A DNA stretch of 54,525 bases from assembly GCF_035511255.1 (NCBI RefSeq), contig NZ_DATKFR010000202.1, positions 1 to 54,525 of the forward strand, read 5' to 3'. The notes below the pieces were generated by a model, which saw only the letters and a program-made list of their open reading frames with translations, was not told the DNA's origin and did no database searches. Below are positions 1 to 8,574 of the stretch, in pieces. The first letter of the stretch is position 1; every line of letters begins with the position of its first letter. The stretch comes from Parvibaculum sp. (lineage in GTDB: Bacteria; Pseudomonadota; Alphaproteobacteria; Parvibaculales; Parvibaculaceae). Made by a program: the position numbers and the translations under genes.

Positions 1-75
1 GTCGTCGCGGAACTCGATCGTCTCAGTGCGCTCTCTGAGGATTTGGCGTCGGTCGGCGCAATGTAAATCAGGCAT
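1..75 (-). CDS. Probable CDS N-terminus running off the left edge (MPDLHCADRRQILRERTETIEFRDD...)
   Basis: ATG at 75 is preceded by GGGAGG-TTTTTT on the minus strand; 25 open codons to the window edge. Confidence 0.45.
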   Translation of the reverse strand, partial: MPDLHCADRRQILRERTETIEFRDD

Positions 76-202
76 AAAAAACCTCCCTGGTTCGACACCA
101 AAGGAGGCTGACGCATATGTCCATCGGACCGAATTGTTACCCCGAAGGGTCACATCAGATGCCACCGTTGCCCGGTCAGGCTGGTTGGCGGGGCGTCAGC
201 CC
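76..202 (-). ncRNA. Putative structured cis-regulatory leader RNA
   Basis: Closing stem GGCTGACGC/GCGTCAGCC encloses three hairpins, one with a C(UUCG)G loop; it is followed by a CCTCC...GGAGG hairpin and T6. Confidence 0.4.
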
Positions 203-303
203 ACTCTGGATGTTGTGAAAAAAATAATCGCTCCTCTCGAAACGTCAAGCCCTCGCAATCTGATCTGCACAAGGAAGGGTCGCGCCCGCCAGTTTCCGCG
301 TCT

Positions 304-398
304 CAAAAAGTATACTTTTTGCGCCTCCCCTCTTGATGTGTCTCTTTCCATGTCTCATATCTATATTCTCGAAACACTATAGATGATGTGAGACATGG
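304..398. promoter_or_regulatory. Putative res site / resolvase autoregulatory region
   Basis: Perfect 18-bp palindrome CAAAAAGTATACTTTTTG (304-321) with central TATA; inverted repeat CCATGTCTCA (348-357)/TGAGACATGG (389-398) overlaps the resolvase ATG. Confidence 0.65.
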
Positions 399-943
399 CG
401 AAGGTTGGATATGCGCGAGTGAGCACGTCGGGGCAGAGCCTGGATGTGCAGAGGGAGAAACTGAAGGATTGCGGCAAGCTTTTCCAGGAGAAGCGCTCCG
501 GGCTCGATGGGGCGCGGCCAGAGTTGAAGCGCTGCCTTGAGTATGTGCGCGAGGGCGACACGCTGGTCGTCACCAAGCTCGACCGGCTGGCGCGCTCAAC
601 CGGCCATCTCTACGCGATCCATGAGGAGCTGAAGCGCAAGGGCGTCGCTCTCTCTGTCCTCGATCAGCACATCGACACCTCGACGCCCGCAGGCAAGGCG
701 CTGCTCGGCCTCCTCGCCATCATTGCCGAGTTCGAGACCGACATCCGCAAGGAGCGCCAGCTTGAAGGGATCGCCAAGGCCAAGGCGAGCGGCGTGAAGT
801 TCGGGCGCGAACCCAAGCTCACCGATCATCAGCGCGCCGAGCTCCGGCGAAAGAGAAAGAAAGGCGTCCTCATCAAAGACCTGATGAAGGAGTTCGACCT
901 GTCCAAAGCGAGTGTCTATCGCGTGCTAGGCGACGAGACATAA
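395..943 (+). CDS. Serine recombinase (resolvase/invertase family) with C-terminal HTH
   Basis: GYARVST catalytic motif, GDTLVVTKLDRLARS, FGREPKL and SKASVYR HTH. Confidence 0.95.
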   Translation: MAKVGYARVSTSGQSLDVQREKLKDCGKLFQEKRSGLDGARPELKRCLEYVREGDTLVVTKLDRLARSTGHLYAIHEELKRKGVALSVLDQHIDTSTPAGKALLGLLAIIAEFETDIRKERQLEGIAKAKASGVKFGREPKLTDHQRAELRRKRKKGVLIKDLMKEFDLSKASVYRVLGDET

Positions 944-1177
944 GCGCGTCCGCCGTCGCCCCGCCCGCGCGAAGCTTGAAAGGGTCCCTCGGGCGACCCT
1001 GGCGGGTCCCCTCGCGCTGGGGCACCCAGGCCCCATTTCAAAAAGAGGGTTAAAGCCCCGGCTTCTTGTTGTTGTGGTTCGGCCTTCGTCGGCGACGTGC
1101 GGCCAGCGCCATATGTGAGTTGGCCATACGCCTCCCGAGGCAGTACATTGGCCGCACTTCGGCAACGGGGGGACGCG

Positions 1178-1384
1178 ATGCCGCGCAATAAGGACGAAAC
1201 GCTCTCAATCCGCACCACGGGCGAGATCAAGGCGCTGCTGCGCGAGGCCGCAGGGCGCGAGCGGCGTTCGGTTGCGTCGATGGTCGAGGTCCTGGTCCTT
1301 GATTACGCCAGGGCCCATCGGCTCGCCCCAAGCCCCAAGAAACTCGAAGCCGCGAAGCGGTACAAAGGACGCAAGACCGCATGA
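1178..1384 (+). CDS. Small ribbon-helix-helix DNA-binding protein
   Basis: Beta-alpha-alpha pattern [34 protein letters not shown]; G-rich RBS; ATGA overlap with hsdM. Confidence 0.7.
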   Translation: MPRNKDETLSIRTTGEIKALLREAAGRERRSVASMVEVLVLDYARAHRLAPSPKKLEAAKRYKGRKTA

Positions 1385-3210
1385 GCCAATCCAATCTCTC
1401 CAACCTCATCTGGTCGGTCGCCGATCTTCTGCGTGGCGACTACAAGCAATCGGACTATGGCAAGGTCATCCTGCCGTTCACGGTCCTGCGCCGCCTTGAC
1501 TGCGTGCTGGAGGCGACCAAGGAGGCCGTGCTCAAGGAGCATAAAGCCAAGGACGGCAAAGCCTCCGACGCCATATTGCGGCGCAGGGCGGGACAGAGCT
1601 TCTACAACACCTCGCCAATGGACATGCGCAAGCTGCTTGGCGACCCCGACCACATCAAGAAGAACCTCACGAGTTATATGCGCGACTTCTCCGCCGATGT
1701 GCGCGACATCTTCGAGAACTTCGGCTTCGACGTACAGATCGAAAAGCTCGCCAAGTCGGGCCTTCTCTACATGGTGGCGGAGAAGTTCGCCAATTTCGAT
1801 CTTCACCCCAGCAAGGTCAGCAACGCCGATATGGGAACGGTGTTCGAGGAGCTGATCCGCAAGTTCGCCGAGGATTCCAACGAGACGGCGGGTGAGCACT
1901 TCACGCCGCGCGAGGTCATTCGCCTTCTGGTCAATCTGCTCTTCGTCGAAGACGATGATGTGCTGAACACGCCCGGCACGGTGCGCACCATATATGATCC
2001 GACGGCGGGAACGGGCGGGATGCTCTCCGTCGCCGATGACTATCTGAAGACGCACAATCCCAATGCGCGGCTCACCATGTATGGCCAGGAGCTCAACCCT
2101 GAGTCCTATGCCATGTGCAAAGCCGACATGCTCATCAAGGGCCAGGACGTCAACAAGATCGTCCTCGGCAATACGCTCTCCGACGATGCCCATGAGGGCG
2201 AAAGTTTCGACTACATGCTGTCCAATCCGCCCTTCGGCGTCGAATGGAAGAAGGTCGAAAAGGAAGTTCGCAAGGAGCACGAGACGAAAGGTTATGCCGG
2301 TCGCTTCGGCCCCGGCCTGCCGCGCGTCTCGGATGGCTCGCTCCTTTTCCTGCTGCATCTCGTCTCCAAGATGCGGCCCTTGAAGGATGGCGGTGGCCGC
2401 TTCGGCATCGTGCTCAATGGCTCGCCGCTTTTCACGGGCGGCGCGGGCAGCGGAGAAAGTGAAATCCGCCGCCATGTTCTGGAGAACGATCTTGTGGAGG
2501 CGATCATCGCGCTTCCCACCGACATGTTCTACAACACCGGCATCAGCACCTATGTCTGGATACTGAGCAACAAGAAACCCAAGAGCCGTAAAGGCCTCGT
2601 CCAGCTCATCGACGCATCGAGCTTCTGGCAGAAGATGCGTAAGAGCTTGGGGAACAAGCGCCGGGAGCTTTCCGAAGAGCATATCGCCGAGATCACGAAG
2701 CTTTTTGGCAGTTGCGCAGAGGCGCAGCTTGCGACCGTCTTCGACGCCGAGGGAAAGGAGGTTGCGCGCGAAATCGTCCTGCAAGGCAGCAAGTCGCCCA
2801 AGGCACCGAAAGACGGCAAGGTGAAGCTCGCGCCGCTTTCGCGCCTCTTCAAGACCGAAGAGTTCGGCTATCGCACCATCACCATCGAGCGGCCCTTGCG
2901 CGATGAAGCGGGCAAGATCGTGCTTGCCACCAAAGGCAAGCTGAAGGGCAAGAAACAGCCGGATAGCGCACTGCGCGACACGGAGAATGTGCCGCTCAGC
3001 GAAGATGTGGAGACCTATTTCAAGCGCGAGGTGCTTCCCCACGCACCCGATGCCTGGATCGACCATGAGAAGACGAAGGTCGGCTATGAAATCCCCTTCA
3101 ACCGGCGCTTCTATGTCTTCGAGCCGCCGCGCGCCCTGGCCGAGATCGACGCGGACCTGAAGCAGGTCACGGACCGCATCGTCCGCATGATCGGGGAGCT
3201 GTCTGCATGA
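1381..3210 (+). CDS. hsdM: Type I RM methyltransferase subunit M
   Basis: [11 protein letters not shown]-terminus, [19 protein letters not shown] (motif I) and NPPF (motif IV). Confidence 0.97.
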   Translation: MSQSNLSNLIWSVADLLRGDYKQSDYGKVILPFTVLRRLDCVLEATKEAVLKEHKAKDGKASDAILRRRAGQSFYNTSPMDMRKLLGDPDHIKKNLTSYMRDFSADVRDIFENFGFDVQIEKLAKSGLLYMVAEKFANFDLHPSKVSNADMGTVFEELIRKFAEDSNETAGEHFTPREVIRLLVNLLFVEDDDVLNTPGTVRTIYDPTAGTGGMLSVADDYLKTHNPNARLTMYGQELNPESYAMCKADMLIKGQDVNKIVLGNTLSDDAHEGESFDYMLSNPPFGVEWKKVEKEVRKEHETKGYAGRFGPGLPRVSDGSLLFLLHLVSKMRPLKDGGGRFGIVLNGSPLFTGGAGSGESEIRRHVLENDLVEAIIALPTDMFYNTGISTYVWILSNKKPKSRKGLVQLIDASSFWQKMRKSLGNKRRELSEEHIAEITKLFGSCAEAQLATVFDAEGKEVAREIVLQGSKSPKAPKDGKVKLAPLSRLFKTEEFGYRTITIERPLRDEAGKIVLATKGKLKGKKQPDSALRDTENVPLSEDVETYFKREVLPHAPDAWIDHEKTKVGYEIPFNRRFYVFEPPRALAEIDADLKQVTDRIVRMIGELSA

Positions 3211-3581
3211 CGGGGGAAGAGCTTCGCCAGGCGATCCGAGCCCTGCTCGAAAGTCATCCGTGCATCTCTATGTCCAAGGCAGGGCACGCCACCCATGCAG
3301 AACGCTACATGACGCGAGACGGGCTTCCGATCGGCTTCGAGCCCGAGCGTGTCAGGTTTCAGAATCTATGGGTTCGCGCGGACAGCGTTCGTCAGCACAG
3401 GCTGAAAGACATTGAACACGTCTTCTACGATCATAGCGAGTTCGATCAAAGCAAGCCGAACCACAATCTCTTTGGTGAGAACGCCTTCAAGGATTGCGAC
3501 CTGATCCGCTTTCAGGTGACAGACTTGTGGCAGGCCGTCCGGGTCATCCGGGAAGTTGCCGGAGAGGCAGGTGTGTTATGA
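3207..3581 (+). CDS. Hypothetical 124-aa protein inserted in the hsd operon
   Basis: ATGA overlaps with both hsdM and hsdS; GGGGAG RBS; no recognisable family. Confidence 0.8.
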   Translation: MTGEELRQAIRALLESHPCISMSKAGHATHAERYMTRDGLPIGFEPERVRFQNLWVRADSVRQHRLKDIEHVFYDHSEFDQSKPNHNLFGENAFKDCDLIRFQVTDLWQAVRVIREVAGEAGVL

Positions 3582-5461
3582 GCAAGCCTTATCCGGCCTA
3601 CAAGTATAGCGGCGTGGAATGGCTCGGCGATGTGCCGGAGCATTGGAAAGTTGGGCTGCTGAAACGCTACGTGAGGCTTCGCTATGGCGATGCCCTTGCT
3701 GCTGACGCTCGCGAAGACGGTGAGATTGAGGTCTTCGGGTCCAATGGTGTTGTCGGTCTCCATTCCCGAGCAAATACTGCCTGTCCCGCAATTGTCGTCG
3801 GTCGAAAAGGCTCATTCGGGAAAATCGTTTGGGCTGAAAACGGTGGATTCGTGATCGACACAGCCTATTCGATAGATCGCCAAACCACCGATCAAGTCTT
3901 GCGCTGGGTTTATTACGCGCTTCAATTGCTTGGCCTCGATCAATTTTCACAGGATACCGGCGTTCCCGGCTTGGCGCGAGAAAGAGCTTATGAGCTTGAA
4001 GTTACGATTCCTCCTGTACAAGAACAAACAGCCATCGCTGCCTTTCTCGATCACGAGACCGCGAAGATTGATGCGCTGGTGGAGGAGCAACGGCGGCTGA
4101 TCGCGTTGTTGAAGGAAAAACGCCAGGCGGTCATTTCCCACGCCGTCACCAAAGGGCTGAACCCGAACGTACCGATGAAAGACTCCGGCATCGAATGGCT
4201 CGGCGAGGTGCCGGAGCATTGGACGGTGATGCCAATCCGCTATTCCGCGAAATTGGAATCCGGCCACACGCCTAGCCGATCGCGAGCCGACTGGTGGGAA
4301 AATTGCACCGTCCCTTGGTTCTCACTTGCCGACGTTTGGCAAATCCGCCGTGGCCATGCTGACTATATCTATGAGACGAACGAGAAGGTTAGCGAGGTTG
4401 GCTTAGCCAACTCTTCTGCAAGATTGCTCCCAAAAGGAACCGTTATGCTCTCGCGGACAGCTTCGGTCGGCTACTCGGCCATCATGGGAGTCGATATGGC
4501 GACCACTCAAGACTTTGCGAACTGGGTGTGCAGTGATGATCTGGAACCTGCGTTTTTGCTTTTTGTCTTTCGCGGAATGACCAAGGAGTTTGATCGCCTG
4601 ATGATGGGTTCGACTCACAATACAATCTACATGCCCGACATCACCATGTTCCGATTCGCGCGCCCCCCTCTAAATGAACAAGCAGAGATAGTTTCCTTCA
4701 TTCGGAAGCAGACCGCTCAAATAGACAATCTGATCGCGACGGCGGAAAAGGTTGTTGCACTCTCCGTGGAGCGCCGTGCCGCACTCATCTCCGCAGCCGT
4801 CACCGGCAAGATTGATGTAAGGCCCTCGGCGAAAATCATCCCCCTTCCTGTCGATCGCGCGCGCGTGCGTGGCCTCGTTGCCACTGAAATCATCGAACGG
4901 GTAACCAACATTCAAACTTTGCGGCGTGTGAAGTTGCAAAAACTCGCGTATCTCGCTGAGGCTTATGCCGACATATCCGAACTCAAAGGGAACTATCTTC
5001 GTGAAGCGGCTGGACCTTGGGACGGTGAAATGATGGACGAGATCGACAGAGAGGTTCAAGCAATTAGCAGCATCGTGGTCGAACGACCTCGGGGAGCTGG
5101 CACGGCGGTCACTTATAGAACTACCAAGCGGACCGGACGCCACAGGGCCGAGTTAGCTGCACTTCTGGGCCCGGATCGCATGAGGAAGCTCGACAAGTTG
5201 ATCACCGACTTGACCTATATCGGCAAGGAGGGGGCTGAGGCGATCGCAACCCTCTACGCCGTTTGGAACGATGATCTTATGGATGGAAAAACCCCGAGCG
5301 ATGACGACATCGTGTACGGTTTCCTGAATGATTGGCACCCGGAGAAACCGGAAAAGTTTCAGAATCCTGATGATCTGCATGGGTGGCTTGATTGGATGCG
5401 GCGACATAGCCTCACTCCATCAGGCACCGGCCCCAAAACATATCGCCAGTTGTTAGTATGA
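3578..5461 (+). CDS. hsdS: Type I RM specificity subunit S with an extra C-terminal domain
   Basis: Two SG(V/I)EWLG(D/E)VPEHW repeats, PPxxEQxxI helices and AVTGKIDVR, followed by ~210 additional residues. Start is the ATG at 3578. Confidence 0.93.
   Translation: MSKPYPAYKYSGVEWLGDVPEHWKVGLLKRYVRLRYGDALAADAREDGEIEVFGSNGVVGLHSRANTACPAIVVGRKGSFGKIVWAENGGFVIDTAYSIDRQTTDQVLRWVYYALQLLGLDQFSQDTGVPGLARERAYELEVTIPPVQEQTAIAAFLDHETAKIDALVEEQRRLIALLKEKRQAVISHAVTKGLNPNVPMKDSGIEWLGEVPEHWTVMPIRYSAKLESGHTPSRSRADWWENCTVPWFSLADVWQIRRGHADYIYETNEKVSEVGLANSSARLLPKGTVMLSRTASVGYSAIMGVDMATTQDFANWVCSDDLEPAFLLFVFRGMTKEFDRLMMGSTHNTIYMPDITMFRFARPPLNEQAEIVSFIRKQTAQIDNLIATAEKVVALSVERRAALISAAVTGKIDVRPSAKIIPLPVDRARVRGLVATEIIERVTNIQTLRRVKLQKLAYLAEAYADISELKGNYLREAAGPWDGEMMDEIDREVQAISSIVVERPRGAGTAVTYRTTKRTGRHRAELAALLGPDRMRKLDKLITDLTYIGKEGAEAIATLYAVWNDDLMDGKTPSDDDIVYGFLNDWHPEKPEKFQNPDDLHGWLDWMRRHSLTPSGTGPKTYRQLLV
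3617..4223 (+). repeat. 31-bp direct repeat flanking TRD1 of hsdS (3617-3647 and 4193-4223)
   Basis: GAATGGCTCGGCGA(T/G)GTGCCGGAGCATTGGA, 30/31 identical. Confidence 0.9.
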
Positions 5462-8400
5462 ACCTGCATCAGGAAATCGCCTTCGAGGATGAAATCTGTG
5501 CGCAGATGGCCGCGCAGGGCTGGCTTCACGCAGATGGCGATGCAGGCCAATATGATCGCGCTCGTGCACTCTTTCCAGCGGATGTCATCGCTTGGGTGAA
5601 GGAGACGCAAACGGAGGCCTGGGAGAAGCTCGAAGCGAGCAACGGCGCGGCGGCGGAGACCGTGCTGCTCGATCGCCTGCGCAAGTCGCTCGATGATCGC
5701 GGGACGCTCGACGTGTTGCGCCAGGGGATCGAGATTCTGGGCCTGCGCCAGCCGATCGCGCTTTGCCAGTTCAAACCGGCGCTGGCGATGAACCCCGAGA
5801 CGCTGGCGCGCTATGCGGCCAATCGCCTGCGCGTCGTGCGGCAGGTCCGCTATTCGCTGCATAACGAGAACTGCATCGACCTTGTGCTCTTCCTTAACGG
5901 CGTGCCTGTCGCGACCGTGGAGCTCAAGACCGACTTCACGCAAAGCGTGGAGGACGCCGTTTATCAATATCGCTTCGACCGCCAGCCGAGGCCCAAGGGG
6001 CAGGCCGCGCCGGAGCCTCTGCTCTCCTTCCCCAATGGAGCGCTCGTCCATTTTGCGGTCAGCAACCGCGAAGTGATGATGACGACGAAGCTTGCAGGGC
6101 CCGCCACCAAGTTCCTGCCCTTCAACAAGGGCGACAATGGGGGCAAGGGAAACCCGCCGAACACCAGCGGCCATCGCACTTCCTATTTGTGGGAAGAGGT
6201 CTGGGCGCGCGATAGCTGGCTTGAAATCCTCGGGCGGTATCTGGTCGCGGAGAAGGAAAAGAGCAAGGTCAGCAAGATCATCTTCCCGCGCTACCACCAG
6301 CTTGACGCGACACGGAAGCTGATGGCCGCCGTTCTCGGCGAGGGGCCGGGCGGCAAATATCTGATCCAGCACTCGGCGGGATCGGGCAAGACCAACTCCA
6401 TCGCCTGGTCGGCACACTTTCTCTCCGACCTGCATGACGCGGGGCACCGCAAGCTTTTCGACAGCGTGCTCGTCGTCTCCGATCGCACGGTGCTCGACGC
6501 GCAGCTTCAGGAAGCGATCTTCGCCTTTGAGCGGACCACGGGTGTCGTGGCCGTTGTGAAAGGAGAAGGCGGAAGCAAGAGCGGCGAGCTCGCGGAAGCG
6601 CTTTCCGGCGGCAAGAAGATCGTCGTTTGCACGATCCAGACCTTTCCTTTCGCCCTGCAAAAAGTGCAGGAGCTTTCCGCGACCGAGGGCAAACGCTTCG
6701 CCGTCATCGCGGATGAAGCGCACTCATCGCAGACCGGCGAGACCGCCTCGAAGCTCAAGGCTGTTCTGAGCGTCGAAGAGATGAACGAGCTTGCCGATGG
6801 CGGCGAGGTTTCGACCGAGGACTTGCTGGCCGCGCAGATGAAGGCGCGGGCGGCGGAGAGCGGCATCACCTATGTCGCCTTCACCGCAACCCCCAAGGCG
6901 AAGACGCTTGAGCTTTTCGGGACGCGGCCCAACCCCACACAACCGGCAGGGCCGGGAAACCTTCCGCAGGCCTTCCACGTCTATTCGATGCGGCAGGCGA
7001 TCGAGGAGGGATTCATCCTCGATGTGCTGAAGAACTACACGACCTATGCGACCGCCTTCAAACTCGCGCATGGCGGCGAGGAATATGACGAGACGCGGGT
7101 CGAGCGCAGCGCGGCGCTCAAGGGCATCATGCGCTGGGTGAAGCTCCATCCTTATAACATCAGCCAGAAGGTTCAGGTTGTGGTGGAGCACTTCCGCGAG
7201 AACGTCGCGCCGTTGCTCGAAGGCCGCGCGAAAGCGATGGTTGTCGTCAGCAGCCGCGTGGAGGCTGTGCGCTGGAAACTCGCCATCGAGAAATACGTCA
7301 GGGTGGAAGGCTACAAGATCGGCACGCTGGTCGCCTTTTCCGGCGATGTGGATGACGAGGAAAGCGGCCCCGATCCCTTCACGGAAGCAGGCCAGACGAT
7401 GAACCCCGGCCTGCGCGGGCGGGACATCCGCGACGCCTTCAATACGGCGGAGTATCAAATCCTACTGGTCGCCAACAAGTTCCAGACCGGCTTCGACCAG
7501 CCTTTGCTCTGCGGCATGTATGTGGACAAGCGGCTTGCGGGCATCCAGGCGGTGCAGACCCTCTCGCGCCTCAACCGCGCCCATCCGGGCAAGGACACGA
7601 CCTATGTCCTTGATTTCGTGAATGACGCCGAGGAGGTACTGGCCGCCTTCAGGACCTATTACGAGACGGCGGAGCTTGAGGCCGTCACCGACCCCAATCT
7701 CGTCTTCGATCTACGCGCGAAGCTCGACGCTCTCGGCTTCTATGATGATTACGAAGTTGAACGCGTGGTGAAGGTCGTGATGAATCCCGCCTCCACCAAT
7801 GGCGATCTGGCGGGCGCATTGGAACCCGTCGTGGATCGCCTTCTGAAGCTCTATAAAGCCACGCAGGAGCGGCTCGCAGTGGCCAGGGCGCAAAAGGACG
7901 AGAAGGAAGCGGAGGCCGCCCAGAACGAAATGAATGGCCTTGTGCTCTTCAAAGCCGACATCGCGTCCTATGTGCGCATGTACACGTTCCTGTCGCAGAT
8001 TTTCGACTACGGCAACACCGATATCGAGAAACGCGCGCTCTTCTTCAAGCCGCTCGGGCGGCTCCTCGACTTCGGGCGCGAGCGCGTGGGGATCGATCTG
8101 TCACAGGTGGAGCTCACGCATCATCATCTGGCCAACAAGGGCGCGAAGACGCTGCCTCTCTCAGGCGAGGCCGAGAAGCTGAAGCCGATGACGGAGAGCG
8201 GAGGTGGCTCGATCAACGAGAAGGAAAAGGCTCTTCTGCGCGAGATCATCGAGAAGGTGAATGACCTCTTTGTTGGCGAGATCACGGATGACGACCGGCT
8301 CGTCTATGTCAACAGCCTGAAGAGCAAGCTGCTTGCATCCGACACGCTCATTCAGCAGGCGAGCAACAACAGCAAGACGCAGTTCTCGGCATCGCCGGAC

Positions 8401-8574
8401 CTGTCGAAGCAGTTCCTCGATGCGGTGATCGACGCGCTCGATGTCTATAACGCCATGGGCGAGCAGACGCTGAACTCCGAACGAGTCCAGCGGGGCCTGC
8501 TCGAAACATTGCTTGGTCCTGCGCAGCTCTATGAGGCTCTGCGGGCGCGCGGGGCGGAGATGAAGGCCACCTAG
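5458..8574 (+). CDS. hsdR: Type I RM restriction subunit R
   Basis: IDLVLFLNG..ELK nuclease motif, QHSAGSGKT Walker A, IADEAH, FTATP and QTLSRLNR. Confidence 0.97.
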   Translation: MNLHQEIAFEDEICAQMAAQGWLHADGDAGQYDRARALFPADVIAWVKETQTEAWEKLEASNGAAAETVLLDRLRKSLDDRGTLDVLRQGIEILGLRQPIALCQFKPALAMNPETLARYAANRLRVVRQVRYSLHNENCIDLVLFLNGVPVATVELKTDFTQSVEDAVYQYRFDRQPRPKGQAAPEPLLSFPNGALVHFAVSNREVMMTTKLAGPATKFLPFNKGDNGGKGNPPNTSGHRTSYLWEEVWARDSWLEILGRYLVAEKEKSKVSKIIFPRYHQLDATRKLMAAVLGEGPGGKYLIQHSAGSGKTNSIAWSAHFLSDLHDAGHRKLFDSVLVVSDRTVLDAQLQEAIFAFERTTGVVAVVKGEGGSKSGELAEALSGGKKIVVCTIQTFPFALQKVQELSATEGKRFAVIADEAHSSQTGETASKLKAVLSVEEMNELADGGEVSTEDLLAAQMKARAAESGITYVAFTATPKAKTLELFGTRPNPTQPAGPGNLPQAFHVYSMRQAIEEGFILDVLKNYTTYATAFKLAHGGEEYDETRVERSAALKGIMRWVKLHPYNISQKVQVVVEHFRENVAPLLEGRAKAMVVVSSRVEAVRWKLAIEKYVRVEGYKIGTLVAFSGDVDDEESGPDPFTEAGQTMNPGLRGRDIRDAFNTAEYQILLVANKFQTGFDQPLLCGMYVDKRLAGIQAVQTLSRLNRAHPGKDTTYVLDFVNDAEEVLAAFRTYYETAELEAVTDPNLVFDLRAKLDALGFYDDYEVERVVKVVMNPASTNGDLAGALEPVVDRLLKLYKATQERLAVARAQKDEKEAEAAQNEMNGLVLFKADIASYVRMYTFLSQIFDYGNTDIEKRALFFKPLGRLLDFGRERVGIDLSQVELTHHHLANKGAKTLPLSGEAEKLKPMTESGGGSINEKEKALLREIIEKVNDLFVGEITDDDRLVYVNSLKSKLLASDTLIQQASNNSKTQFSASPDLSKQFLDAVIDALDVYNAMGEQTLNSERVQRGLLETLLGPAQLYEALRARGAEMKAT

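Noticed and set aside
120-165. Possible hammerhead ribozyme (minus-strand CTGATG next to a UUCG stem)
   Set aside because: The core reads CUGAUGU rather than CUGANGA, and the GAAA element is absent.
26-382. 118-aa plus-strand ORF
   Set aside because: No RBS or motifs; it overlaps the structured leader and the res-like palindromes.
1015-1030. CTGGGGCACCCA resembling the tRNA-Phe 3' end as a possible second att site
   Set aside because: Imperfect, short, and in the opposite orientation to the tRNA, so it is not a direct repeat.
1303-3066. Long antisense ORFs (also 5359-6723, 19112-20695, 25296-26975, 49350-51809, 52830-54437)
   Set aside because: They mirror well-supported genes on the other strand, lack motifs, and are expected from high-GC codon bias.
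395-5461. Invertase-driven hsdS phase variation (shufflon)
   Set aside because: Only one hsdS is present, with no inverted silent TRD copies or flanking inverted repeats in the window.
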